NCBI GenBank assembly: GCA_964291265.2
Contig: OZ219747.1
Coordinates: 1,120,001 to 1,184,000 of the forward strand
Length of the DNA: 64,000 bases
Source: Alphaproteobacteria bacterium
GTDB lineage: Bacteria > Pseudomonadota > Alphaproteobacteria > SP197
Direction of reading: 5' to 3'
Shown: piece by piece, positions 42,631 to 52,320 of the stretch
Numbering within the stretch: the stretch's first letter is position 1
Layout: the number at the start of each line of letters is the position of its first letter
Translations under genes and position numbers: made by a program
Notes under the pieces: model-generated
The model's database searches: none
What the model saw: the letters and a program-made list of their open reading frames with translations, nothing else
Told to the model about the DNA's origin: nothing

Positions 42631-44097
42631 TCATTCTCGTGCTCCATCATGCGTCAGGCGGTCGCCTGTATCGGCAAGCAAGGTGACGGTACGGCGTATG
42701 TCGTGTTCGCTGGTGCGGGGGTTGATGACGCACATGCGCAGGACCATGCGACCGCCCAGAACGGTTGATGTGACGACGGCCTCGCCGGTCGCCATGATCT
42801 CCTGCGGTATCGCGGCGTTGATCTCGTCTAGCCTCGCGCGCCCCTCGGATCCGTTGCCGACATAGCGAAAGGTGACGATGCCGAGGCAGGCCGGCGACGT
42901 CACCTCGAACCGGTCATCGTGCCGAACTTCACGCTCGGCCATCTCCGCCAGGACAATTCCCCTGTCGATCGCCTCCCTGATGGCATCCAGCCCCAGGCAC
43001 TGGAGGGTCACCCAGAGCTTGAGGGCCCGGAATCCGCGGCTCAACTGGATGCCGTAGTTGCAGAAGTTGACTTCCTGCCCGGTCGTCTTCGCATCCTGCA
43101 TATAGTCGGCCGAGGTGCGGAAGGTCCCGGCCAGCAGGGTCTTGTCACGAACCAGGACGGCACCGATTTCGAACGGCTGGAACAACCACTTGTGAGGATC
43201 GAGAACCAGGGAGTCGGCACGCCCGAGATCCGCCACCAGGTTCCCGGACCGCCGGGAGAGCGCCACGCTCGCACCGTAGGCACCGTCAACGTGAAACCAC
43301 ATCCCCTCCTCGATGCAGATGTCAGCCAGAGGAGCCAGTGGATCGACGGCGCCGGTGTTGGTCGAACCCGCATTGGCAACGACACAGAACGGCCTCCTGC
43401 CCCGGGCACGGTCCCTGGCAATGTTCTGGCGAAGACTGTCCGGATCGAGCCTGAAATCGCTGTCGGTTCCGATCCGGCGAAGTTGATGCGATGAGAAGCC
43501 GAGCAGGTAGAGCGCCTTGTCGACGGACGCATGCACCTGATCGGAGCCATAGATGACGGCGTCGGTCGTTCGGTCATCGAGCCTGTCATGGCGCGCAACC
43601 GCCAGACCGGTCAGATTCGCCACTGACCCGCCACTGACAAACAGCCCCCCCGATCGTCGCGGCAGGCCGACCGACCGGCACAACCAGTCAATCATGGAAA
43701 GCTCGAGTGCAGAAGGCCCGGAGCTTTCGAGCCAGGTGCCGGTAAAGACGTTGAAGCCGGATGCCAGTACATCACCCAGTACGCCGTAGAAATTGCTGGG
43801 ACCGGGCACGAAGGCGAAATAGCGCGGATGGTTGCAAAGCAGGCTGTTGTCGAAGATGTCCTTCCGGACATGTGACAGGACATCCGAGAACGGGCGTCCC
43901 TTGTCGGGTGGATCAGCGGAAAAGAGCCCGGTCAACTCGTCTGCGGAACCGACATGACCGACCGACCGATCCGCGAGCGTGGCGAGGTGGTCCACCAGCA
44001 CGTCGATGGCGGCATGGCCGTCACGTCGCATTTGCTCGAGGTCGGGCTCAAACCGCCCGTCCCCGGGCAGGCGGCCTTGCTCTGTCCGACGGTTCAT
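42631..44097 (-). CDS. PLP-dependent aromatic L-amino acid decarboxylase (group II)
   Basis: HPRYFAFVP, SGGSVANL, AGSTNTGAVDPL, HVDGAYG, DPHKW (PLP Lys), SRGFRALK. Confidence 0.9.
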   Translation of the reverse strand: MNRRTEQGRLPGDGRFEPDLEQMRRDGHAAIDVLVDHLATLADRSVGHVGSADELTGLFSADPPDKGRPFSDVLSHVRKDIFDNSLLCNHPRYFAFVPGPSNFYGVLGDVLASGFNVFTGTWLESSGPSALELSMIDWLCRSVGLPRRSGGLFVSGGSVANLTGLAVARHDRLDDRTTDAVIYGSDQVHASVDKALYLLGFSSHQLRRIGTDSDFRLDPDSLRQNIARDRARGRRPFCVVANAGSTNTGAVDPLAPLADICIEEGMWFHVDGAYGASVALSRRSGNLVADLGRADSLVLDPHKWLFQPFEIGAVLVRDKTLLAGTFRTSADYMQDAKTTGQEVNFCNYGIQLSRGFRALKLWVTLQCLGLDAIREAIDRGIVLAEMAEREVRHDDRFEVTSPACLGIVTFRYVGNGSEGRARLDEINAAIPQEIMATGEAVVTSTVLGGRMVLRMCVINPRTSEHDIRRTVTLLADTGDRLTHDGARE

Positions 44098-45545
44098 GGC
44101 GCCGCTCCCAGGACATCGTCAAGGCGTGCCTTCAGGCGGTCCCTGAGAGCGACGCTTCCCGATTCACGCCACATGTCGACGTCGGACCGGTCAAGCAGCC
44201 CGGGAAACCACATCTCGCTCAAGTAGCGTTCATGGGTATGTTCGTCGCTCAGGAAACTGTTGTCCCCGGCGGCGCGTGCCACGACATCGACCGCCAGGCT
44301 CGAATCGTCGACGGAGATCCCCGAGGCGAAGCGGCTTGCCATGCCAGCCAGTTCGTCCGCCAGGACAAGCATTTCGAGCGAGCCTGTCCTGCCGGCCGAA
44401 AGATAACCCAGATTGTGAACGAAGGACGTACCGGACAGAACCGCTGTCGTCATGTTGGCCGCGGCCTCGGCCGCAGCCTGCTGGTCGACCACGTGGGAGT
44501 CACTGCAGCCAGCGGCAACCCAGCTGGGAAGGTCCAGATGGCCGAAGAACTCGGCAGCCCCGAGACCGGCCTGGCTGTACTCCGGCGAGCCATAGGTCAG
44601 GTCGGCCTGGCGCAAGTCCATGGGAAGAATGGCGGTGCCGGACATGAGTGGCGCGCCTCGCCGTTCGTTCTGGTGGACGACGAGCCCAGCCAGTGTTTCG
44701 GCACTCGACTGGGCAATCGACCCGGCCAGCGTGATGGGACCCGACATGCCGGGGAAGAGTGCGGGATAACAGACGATCGGCAGGGACAGTCGGGCAGCAT
44801 CGCGCAGGCGCCGGCAGGTTTCGACGCCGAGTTTCAGCGGCGATACGGGTCCGACCAGATCGATGCCCGTGGGTTTCTCCGCAAGTGCATCGCCTCCGCC
44901 GGCGACCTCGCTCAGATGGCGCCAGATGCGCCGGGTCGCCGTTTCGTCATGACCGGTAAAGGCGACCGGTTTCACGGTGTTCTCGACCAGTGTGCGCACC
45001 GTGGCGACCGCCTCGTCTTGCGGCGGCACATCGCTTGGATATCCCAGGGACGCCGCGACATCGAGATTGGCGAGGGATTCGCAGACCCGGCCCGTGGCGG
45101 CGATGTCGGCAAGAACGCAGGCCCGGTGCTCACCGGTACGGTGGTCGAGTGTCCTGATGCAGTTGACGCCAGGACAGAAACGCGGCAACGCGTCCGAGGT
45201 GTCCATGGCGAGCGCACCGTTGCGATCATAGAGCACGACCTTCGAAGGTGCGGTCTCCAACGCCTGTTCCACCAGTTCCGGCATCATCGCCAGGCGACCG
45301 CCCTCGATTTCGCGGCAGCCGGGCCGGGCCAGCAACGCGGCGCGTGTCTCATCGTCCTCGATGACAACGCCGACCCTCGCCAGGATTGCCAGGGTCGCTG
45401 AGCGCAGGAGATCCAGATCGGACTCGCTGAAGATCCGCAGGCGCAGCGTCCGGGCGAACCGGCTCGGAGGTGGCGGCGTACTCTTCCTGCGGCGGCGCCT
45501 GCCGGAGGCCCCCTTGCACTCCTTGACAAACTGGTCAGCAGTCAT
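44094..45545 (-). CDS. MttB-family (trimethylamine methyltransferase superfamily) protein, non-pyrrolysine
   Basis: VSPLK, GMSGPITLAG, AETLAG, MDLRQ...YGSPE, SDSHVVDQQA, HNLGYL; no in-frame amber codon. Confidence 0.88.
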   Translation of the reverse strand: MTADQFVKECKGASGRRRRRKSTPPPPSRFARTLRLRIFSESDLDLLRSATLAILARVGVVIEDDETRAALLARPGCREIEGGRLAMMPELVEQALETAPSKVVLYDRNGALAMDTSDALPRFCPGVNCIRTLDHRTGEHRACVLADIAATGRVCESLANLDVAASLGYPSDVPPQDEAVATVRTLVENTVKPVAFTGHDETATRRIWRHLSEVAGGGDALAEKPTGIDLVGPVSPLKLGVETCRRLRDAARLSLPIVCYPALFPGMSGPITLAGSIAQSSAETLAGLVVHQNERRGAPLMSGTAILPMDLRQADLTYGSPEYSQAGLGAAEFFGHLDLPSWVAAGCSDSHVVDQQAAAEAAANMTTAVLSGTSFVHNLGYLSAGRTGSLEMLVLADELAGMASRFASGISVDDSSLAVDVVARAAGDNSFLSDEHTHERYLSEMWFPGLLDRSDVDMWRESGSVALRDRLKARLDDVLGAAP

Positions 45546-46141
45546 GACGCCGGCGGTTCGTCACGCTTGCGACCAATGGCCTCGTTGCCGATCCGAATGC
45601 CCAGACCGTTGATGATGCGAACCCAATAGGAAAAGCACGCCGCGACCTGGGCGGCCTCGAGAACCTCCACATCGTCGGCGCCGGCGTCGCGGACCCTGGA
45701 GATGTCGTCCTGCGTCATGGCGTCCGGTTCATGGGCGAGCTTGCGGGCGTAGGCGGCCAGCGCCGCGAGCTTGCCGTCCAGAGCATCCGTTTCCCTGCCA
45801 TCCGCCGTCGCGTCCACCATGGCGTCGGCCCTGGCGGAATCGCCGACGAGATGGCGAAGATTGGCGCCGTGGTGGGCCTGGGCGTAGGCGCAGCTGGCGA
45901 GCCGCGCGACCATGGTCGCGATGAGTTCCAGAAACCACTCGGGCAGGATGTTTTCGCTGTTGTGCAGAACAGCGCGATAGTGGCCGTCGGCCCAGCGGAT
46001 CGGTTCCGGGCGCAAGGACATGGCCTTGTAGAGATTGTGTACCGATCCGTCGGTACGCCGGACCAGATCGTAGGTTTCGGCGAGCAGGCCGTCGGCATCC
46101 TCCGGTTCAACAATGCCAAGCCAGCAGATCGGATCGGTCAT
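45542..46141 (-). CDS. AhpD-family peroxidase-related protein
   Basis: VHNLYKAMSLRP, CAYAQAHHG, YARKLA, RIINGLG; paralogue of 41707-42306. Confidence 0.85.
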   Translation of the reverse strand: MTDPICWLGIVEPEDADGLLAETYDLVRRTDGSVHNLYKAMSLRPEPIRWADGHYRAVLHNSENILPEWFLELIATMVARLASCAYAQAHHGANLRHLVGDSARADAMVDATADGRETDALDGKLAALAAYARKLAHEPDAMTQDDISRVRDAGADDVEVLEAAQVAACFSYWVRIINGLGIRIGNEAIGRKRDEPPAS

Positions 46142-46294
46142 CTTGATTCTTCCCCCCGGAGGTCCGTCGTGACGCATGCGCACGGCACCGCTCCTCCTTG
46201 ATCGCCAGCCTAGTCAGCCGGTCCGACGCGCGTCAAGACTGTGATCACAGATTGACAGGAAAGGGCAGGACCGAGCAGATTGCCGGGACGTACC

Positions 46295-46627
46295 GTGGCC
46301 CCCTGTTCCTTCCTACACCTGATGGCGACAGCTCTCGGTCTCGGTCCCCGCCCGGGTCCCGTGTTCGGCCGGGCCGTTCTCCGCAGGCGATACGACGTCG
46401 CGATCATGGGCGGCGCAGGTCACGGTCTTGCGGCCGCATACTACCTGGCCGATGAGCATGGTGTCAGCGATGTCGTGGTCATGGAGAAGGGCTGGTTGGG
46501 CGGTGGCAATACGGGGCGCAACACGACCATGGTGCGCGCCGACTACCTGCTGCCGGACAACCAGGAGTTCTTCGGCCATGCGCGCTCCATGTGGCCGCCC
46601 CTGTCACGCGAGCTCAACTTCAATGTC
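46295..46627 (+). pseudogene. soxB: Sarcosine oxidase beta subunit, 5' fragment
   Basis: YDVAIMGGAGHGLAAAYYLADEHG...EKGWLGGGNTGRNTT...ELNFNV, then an abrupt switch to soxA-like sequence. Confidence 0.8.
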
Positions 46628-47152
46628 ATCGATGTCCCGCCCGAGGCGCTGTCGTTTCCGGGATACCCGGTTCGACGGCGTTCGTGCGCGTGTCTTCCGC
46701 ATCAGCTACTCCGGCCAACTGGCCTACGAAATCCATGTCGGCGCGAAGCACGGCGAACGGTTGTGGGATGCGGTGGCGGCGGCCGGCACGCCCTTCGGCA
46801 TCGCGCCCTATGGCGTCGAAGCCCTTGATGTCATGCGGATCGAAAAGGGCCATTGCGCCGGCAGCGAGTTCGACGGCCGCACGGCACCCGCTGAACTGGG
46901 CCTCGACCGCATGACAGGGCGTGTAAGCGCCAGCATTCCCTTCATCAGCTGTTGGTCGGGTTTCGTCGGACCGGCGCACACCCATTCCTCGCGGCGCGAT
47001 TCTCGTGGCCGGGACGGCACGATCCGAAGCTCTGGGCCACGTGACCGCATCCGTCATCGGTCCGACGCTCGGTCAGCCCATCGCGTTGGCCATGCTCCGG
47101 GGATCGATCGGCGACGATGAACTCCGTGCCGTCTCGTCCGTCGCCGGCCCTC
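46628..47152 (+). pseudogene. soxA: Sarcosine oxidase alpha subunit, 3' fragment (frameshifted, IS21-interrupted; tail at 52484-52550)
   Basis: RVFRISYSGQLAYEI, PYGVEALDVMRIEKGH, GHVTAS..PTLGQPIALAML; tail VETTGLPFYDANGGRMRA* after the transposon. Confidence 0.8.
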
Positions 47153-47220
47153 TGTTGATGGCTGCATAGAACGGCGGGATTTCGGCGATTTGCCGCGCTT
47201 TGTCAGGGTCGTGTTTCTTC

Positions 47221-47311
47221 CCTGTTGTCAGGTCCTATTGTCACGTCCTGTTGTCGTGGGTTCAGTGTTCGGCTGATTGTCTCCCCGAGCGCCGCCCGTT
47301 TTCCTATTGTC
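47221..47311 (+). repeat. Iteron-like CCT(A/G)TTGTC repeats
   Basis: Copies at 47221, 47234 and 47247 (13-bp period) and 47303; near-copy in inverted orientation at 52339-52347. Confidence 0.7.
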
Positions 47312-47636
47312 GTTTTGGTCCGGTTCGGATTGTTCCGTCGGCCTCTGCTTCGGTCTTGGTGACGGTTGCCGGGAGGGTTTCGGTTCCGAGGCACTCGCGG
47401 GATCGTCTGTTTTCCCTGTGGTCTGGGTCGTGTTGTCCGGTCCCGGGGCGGCGTTTTTGCCGCCGCCCCGGGTGGATGCTAGATCGGCATCGAAAGAAAG
47501 AGCGATGCGATGCCGGGCAGAGTTGTGATGACGCCCCCCGGCGCAGCACCCGGACGAGCCGGTCACGGGGGACCGAACTCCCGTGTATTGTCGAGCCATT
47601 TTGCGTCCGGGTCCACCCCCGCTCTCGAGACGGATC

Positions 47637-48113
47637 GTGTGCACGACGGGACGACTGTTCAACTGCAAGCGGTGTCAGCGGCAGGTTGTTCTCTGCCGGT
47701 CGTGTGACCGGGGGCATGTGTATTGCTCCGATGAGTGCAGGGAGCGGTCCCGGATCGAGCGGCGCCGCGCGTCGCGTCGTCGCTACCAGAGCACGCTGAG
47801 GGGCCGTGAGACGGGCCGTCACCGCCAGCGGCGTTACCGGCTCCGCAAGGCGGAGGAGGCGCGTGCGTTGAAGGCCAGGGCGGCGATGCTTGCCGAGATC
47901 ATGGGCACGCAGACGTCTGCTGTGGTGCTGCTTGGCGACGTTCCGGCGGTGTCTGGAGACGCCGGTTCCGAAGAAATCGTTACGGACCACCCTTCCCGAC
48001 TGCTGCCGACCTCCCTACCTGCGGTTGTGAAGGCGCGAGAGCGACGCGAATCGCCGCTTCGGTGCGCCCGGTGCGGACGGGTCGTGACGCATGTGGTGCT
48101 GAGGGACCTGTGA
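47637..48113 (+). CDS. Cys-rich Zn-finger-like protein upstream of istA
   Basis: CKRC..VVLCRSCDRGHVYCSDEC, basic helix RRASRRRYQ, C-terminal CARCG; start uncertain (ORF opens at 47583). Confidence 0.65.
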   Translation: MCTTGRLFNCKRCQRQVVLCRSCDRGHVYCSDECRERSRIERRRASRRRYQSTLRGRETGRHRQRRYRLRKAEEARALKARAAMLAEIMGTQTSAVVLLGDVPAVSGDAGSEEIVTDHPSRLLPTSLPAVVKARERRESPLRCARCGRVVTHVVLRDL

Positions 48114-48145
48114 TGCGGCGTTGAGGAACCAAAGGGAGGGAGTTC

Positions 48146-49639
48146 ATGGCGATCGACGAGGACACGCGGGCGACGATCGTGCGGCTGTCGCGGGCCGAGG
48201 GCTGGGCTGTGGGGACGATTGCCCGGCATCTCGGCGTGCACCACGGCACGGTGACGCGGGCGCTCAAGGCGTCGGGGCAGGAGCGGCGGCCGCGGGCCAA
48301 GCTCATCGACCCCTTCGTTGCCTTCCTCGGGGAGCGTCTTGAGGCGTCGCCGGACCTTCCGGCCAGCACGCTCTGGCGACAGGTCGTGGCCCTGGGCTAC
48401 CGCGGCGGCGAGGATCACTTCCGTCACGACCTGCGCCGCCTCGGGCTGAGGCCGGTGAAGAGGCCCGAGCCGTCGCTGCGGCTGAGCTTCCTTCCGGGCG
48501 AGCAGGCGCAGGTTGACTGGGCCGAGTTCGGGAAGGTCCGCATTGGCCGGGCGGAGCGCAGGCTCATGGGGCTTCTCGTCACCCTCAGCTACTCGCGCCA
48601 GACTGTCCTGAGCCTGTTCCACGACGCGCGGATGGCCAGCTTCCTGCAAGGCCATGTCGAGGCTTTCGCGGCATTCGGGGGTGTGCCGCGGAGGCTTCTG
48701 TACGACAACCTGAAGAGTGCCGTGGTGACGCGCCGCGGCAAGGCGGTCACCTATCATCCGATGCTGCTCGGCCTCGCGGCCCACTATGCCTTCGAACCGA
48801 GCGCCGCCTGGCCCAGGAGCCCGCAGGAGAAGGGCCGCGTGGAACGCCGTGTGCGCTTCGCGCGCACCGGGTTCTTCGCCGGGCGCGACATCACGGTCCC
48901 GCTCGGCGAGCTCAACGCCGCGGTTCGGGAGTGGTGCTTCGGCGCCGCCGCGGAGCGGCCCTGGCCGGACGACGACAGTCTCCTGGTGCGGGACGCCTTC
49001 GCCCGGGAGAGGGAGCACCTGATCGTCCTTCCCGTCGACCCCTTCCCGCATCACGAGGTCCGCCCGGTGCGCATCGACAAGACCTGCCACGCCCGCTTCG
49101 ACACCAACGACTACAGCGTTCCGGGTAGCTTCTCCAAGGCCCTGCTGACGCTGGTCGCCGACCGCGACGAGGTCCGCATCCTCGACGGCGCCGACGAGGT
49201 CGCGCGCCACCGACGCTCCTACGACAGGAAGCAGGCCGTCACCGATCCGGAGCATGCCAGGGCGATCGCCGCGGGCAAGCGGCGGGCCCGCTCCATGAGC
49301 GTCCGCGACCGGGTCCTGCGCACCGTGCCGCGGGCCGAGGAGATGCTGGCGCGCGCCGGGACCAACGGGCGCAACGTGGCCTCCTGCGCCCGGATGCTGG
49401 AGACGCTTCTCAACGCGCACGGCGCCGACGCTCTCGACCGGGCTGTCGCCACGGCGCTGGAGCGCGGCTCGTGCCACCCCGAAACCGTGCGCGTCATCAT
49501 CGAGGAGCGCCGCCGGGAGCAGGGCCTGCCGCCCCTCAGCATCGCCGACGACGGCCGCGGCGGCCGTGGCACGACGCCGCGGGGGACCGCTCTCGACGCC
49601 TACGACAGGCCCGAAGCCAGCGCCAGGAACAAGACATGA
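48146..49639 (+). CDS. istA: IS21 transposase
   Basis: N-terminal HTH, PGEQAQVDW, LSYSR, FGGVP..LYDNLKSAV, EKGRVER; GGGAGG RBS. Confidence 0.93.
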   Translation: MAIDEDTRATIVRLSRAEGWAVGTIARHLGVHHGTVTRALKASGQERRPRAKLIDPFVAFLGERLEASPDLPASTLWRQVVALGYRGGEDHFRHDLRRLGLRPVKRPEPSLRLSFLPGEQAQVDWAEFGKVRIGRAERRLMGLLVTLSYSRQTVLSLFHDARMASFLQGHVEAFAAFGGVPRRLLYDNLKSAVVTRRGKAVTYHPMLLGLAAHYAFEPSAAWPRSPQEKGRVERRVRFARTGFFAGRDITVPLGELNAAVREWCFGAAAERPWPDDDSLLVRDAFAREREHLIVLPVDPFPHHEVRPVRIDKTCHARFDTNDYSVPGSFSKALLTLVADRDEVRILDGADEVARHRRSYDRKQAVTDPEHARAIAAGKRRARSMSVRDRVLRTVPRAEEMLARAGTNGRNVASCARMLETLLNAHGADALDRAVATALERGSCHPETVRVIIEERRREQGLPPLSIADDGRGGRGTTPRGTALDAYDRPEASARNKT

Positions 49640-50337
49640 GCGAGCTCAGGGAGCGTGCCCGGGCGCTCGGCCTCCACGGGCTCGTCGAACGCTGGGACGA
49701 GGTCGCCGGGACCGCATGGATCGAGGAGGTGGTCAGCGGCGAGGAACAGGCCCGCAGGGCCCGCAGCCACGAGCGCCGCCGCGCCGCGGCGCGGCTGCCC
49801 GCCTTCAAGCCCCTGGCGGACTTCGACTGGACATGGCCGCGCGACATCAGCCGGGCTCATGTCGAAGCGCTCCTCGGCCTCGGCTTCGTCGACCGTGCGG
49901 ACAACGCCGTGCTCGTCGGCGGGCAGGGCACCGGAAAGACCATGATCGCCGCCAACGTGGCGCACCAGGCCCTGCTGCACGGCCACACCGTCCGCTTCGA
50001 GAAGGCGCCGGAACTGCTCGAGGCACTCGCCGAGACCGTCTCGCGCAGCGAGCTGCGCCGCCGCCTCGCGATCCTCGCCAGGCCCCGCCTGCTCGTCCTC
50101 GACGAAATCGGCTACGTGACCCTCGAAAGCCACCATGCCGACATCCTCTACGCCATCGTCTCGCGGCGCTATCAGCGCCGCTCGACCATGGTCACGACAA
50201 GCCTCGCCTTCGCCCAGTGGGACCGCGTCTTCCCCAGCGCCTCCGGCATCGCCGGCACCGTCGACCGGCTCATGCACGACGCAACCCTCATCTCCATCGA
50301 CAGCGACTCCTGGCGGCTCAGGCGTGAAACCCGATAA
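49636..50337 (+). CDS. istB: IS21 AAA+ ATPase
   Basis: KPLADFDW, GGQGTGKT, LVLDEIGY, RRYQ, DRLMH, SWR. Confidence 0.92.
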   Translation: MSELRERARALGLHGLVERWDEVAGTAWIEEVVSGEEQARRARSHERRRAAARLPAFKPLADFDWTWPRDISRAHVEALLGLGFVDRADNAVLVGGQGTGKTMIAANVAHQALLHGHTVRFEKAPELLEALAETVSRSELRRRLAILARPRLLVLDEIGYVTLESHHADILYAIVSRRYQRRSTMVTTSLAFAQWDRVFPSASGIAGTVDRLMHDATLISIDSDSWRLRRETR

Positions 50338-51217
50338 ACCCCGCCGCGTCGACTTCGACGCCGTCAAGCGCATGCCGTTCGAACGCATCGCCGCCGACTG
50401 GGGATACGTCCGCGACGAACAGGCCTCGACACGCGCCAACCCCGTCCTGTGCGCACCCGGCCTGCCGAAGCTCGTCACGAAGTGCCTCAACAACGGACAC
50501 TGGGTCTACTTCAACACCCAGAACGATGAAGACAACGGAACCGTCATCGACTTCATGCTCAACCGCGGACTGGCCTTCGCCGACATCTGCACCCGCTTCA
50601 CAGCACCCGACACCGCGCCACGCGACTTCCGCAGCCTCTGGGCCGCGGCAACGCCCGATGCGGCCCCGGACTGGCTCACCGGGCGCGGCATCCTCCCGGA
50701 GACCCTCGACACCTGCCGCCCCCTGGTCCGCCGCGACCACAACGGACGCGTCCTCTTCGCCCATCGCAACAGGAAGCGAAAGCTCACCGGCTTCGAGATC
50801 GGTCCCCCCGACGGACCGAAACGCTTCGCCACCGGTGGAACCCGAAGCCTGTTCGCCGTCCGCGCCGGAACCGCCGCGGACCTCGAGGCCCTCGTCATCA
50901 CCGAAAGCGCCGTCGACGCCCTCAGCCTGGCCCAGATCGACCAATGTCCCCCCAGCCACGCCTTCCTCTCCACCGCCGGGGCACCCTCGCGAAGACAGCA
51001 CGAACAGATCAGCCTCGCCGCAAGCAGCCTGCCCAACGTCAGGACCATCGTCCTCGCCCAGGACCACGACGAGGCCGGAGAGCGACAGGCCGAAACCCTG
51101 CGCAAAAAGATGAAGCTCCCCTCCCACGTCTCGTTCCACAGACGCAGACCGCCGGAAAACGCCGACTGGAACGACGTCGTCAACGCCAGGACCAAAGAAC
51201 CACAAGCGAGATCATGA
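50324..51217 (+). CDS. TOPRIM/primase-like protein (DUF3991 + Toprim type)
   Basis: DNGTVIDF, WLTGRGI, TGFE, F..GG, ITESAVDALS, STAG, AQDHDEAG, DWND; GTG overlaps istB end. Confidence 0.75.
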   Translation: MKPDKPRRVDFDAVKRMPFERIAADWGYVRDEQASTRANPVLCAPGLPKLVTKCLNNGHWVYFNTQNDEDNGTVIDFMLNRGLAFADICTRFTAPDTAPRDFRSLWAAATPDAAPDWLTGRGILPETLDTCRPLVRRDHNGRVLFAHRNRKRKLTGFEIGPPDGPKRFATGGTRSLFAVRAGTAADLEALVITESAVDALSLAQIDQCPPSHAFLSTAGAPSRRQHEQISLAASSLPNVRTIVLAQDHDEAGERQAETLRKKMKLPSHVSFHRRRPPENADWNDVVNARTKEPQARS

Positions 51218-51534
51218 CCACGTCCGTCACAAGGAGACCACTCATGCCCCTCACGCCCGCCGAAAAGCAGCGGCGATACCGGGAACGGCGCAAGGCCGGC
51301 ATCCCTCCCGTCCACACCCCAAAGCATCGTGACCGGCGCTCGCGACCGCAACGCTGGAACGACGCCGTGGCCGAACTGCGCGCCCTGCAGGACGAATGGC
51401 GTGACCGCCTCGACAGCATCCCCGAAACCCTCCGTGACACGCCTTACGGAGAACGCCTGCAGATCGTCGCCGATGCCGACATCGAGGCCCTCGAGGACAT
51501 CGAACCGCCACGCGGCTACGGAAGGGATACGTGA
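51214..51534 (+). CDS. Small hypothetical protein (basic N-terminus, helical C-terminus)
   Basis: LTPAEKQRRYRERRK...RSRPQRWNDAV.EL..LQ.EW...PPRGYGRD; ATGA-coupled to the TOPRIM gene. Confidence 0.65.
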   Translation: MTTSVTRRPLMPLTPAEKQRRYRERRKAGIPPVHTPKHRDRRSRPQRWNDAVAELRALQDEWRDRLDSIPETLRDTPYGERLQIVADADIEALEDIEPPRGYGRDT

Positions 51535-52098
51535 TCCCGCAAGACCCTTGAACGCGGTCACGCGTTACCATCCAGGAATGAGAACGTCTCACCCCGACGC
51601 GCCGCTCAGCCTCCCCGGGAAACTCCCGGGCCGTCCAAACGACACCGCATCACGAGACTGCCGCAGCCGCTGGCCGGACTGGCTTACAGGTCGCAGCATC
51701 CGCCCGAAAACACTCAACGCCTGCCGCACCCTGCAGGACGAATGGCGTGACCGCCTCGACAGCATCCCCGAAACCCTCCGTGACACGCCTTACGGAGAAC
51801 GCCTGCAGATCGTCGCCGATGCCGACATCGAGGCTCTCGAGGACATCGAACCGCCACGCGGCTACGGAAGGGACACGTAATCTCGCAAGACCCTTGAACG
51901 CGGTCACGCGTTACCATCCAGGAATGAGAACGTCTCACCCCGACGCGCCTCTCAGCCTCCCCGGGAAACCCCCGGGCCGTCCAAACGACACCACATCACG
52001 AGACTGCCGCAGCCGCTGAGCCGCAGCAACGCCCGATCCGCCGCCGGACTGGCTCACAGGTCGCAGCATCCGCCCGAAAACACTCGACGCCTGCCGCA
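51383..52098. repeat. Near-identical tandem duplication (~346 bp + ~370 bp)
   Basis: 51383-51672 matches 51729-52018 at offset 346; the second copy has 24 extra bases at 52019-52042. Confidence 0.93.
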
Positions 52099-52320
52099 CC
52101 CTGCGCCGCCGCAACCGCAACGCACGCAGCCTCTTCGCCCAGCGCAACAGAAACCGTCAGCTCTCCAGCCTCGAGATCGTCCCGCCCGACGAACCACGAC
52201 GAGGACGGAGAACGCCAGAACGAAACCACGCGCAAAAGCCTGAAGCTCCCCTCCCACATCACGTTCCACAAACGCCGAACGCCAGAAAACGCCGACCGGA
52301 ACGACATCGTCAACGTCAAT
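51987..52320 (+). pseudogene. Diverged, internally deleted second copy of the TOPRIM gene
   Basis: Aligns by eye to ~50609-50810 and ~51061-51188, with an in-frame TGA replacing TGG and the middle segment missing. Confidence 0.8.

Noticed and set aside
42303-42650. 115-aa ORF between the decarboxylase and AhpD genes
   Set aside because: No recognisable motif; may be an eroded gene, cannot be supported.
50609-52320. Diversity-generating retroelement (TR/VR pair) from the TOPRIM gene and its A-rich copy
   Set aside because: Many mismatches are at non-A positions, the copy has deletions, and the only RT in the window is a typical group II intron maturase inside its own intron.
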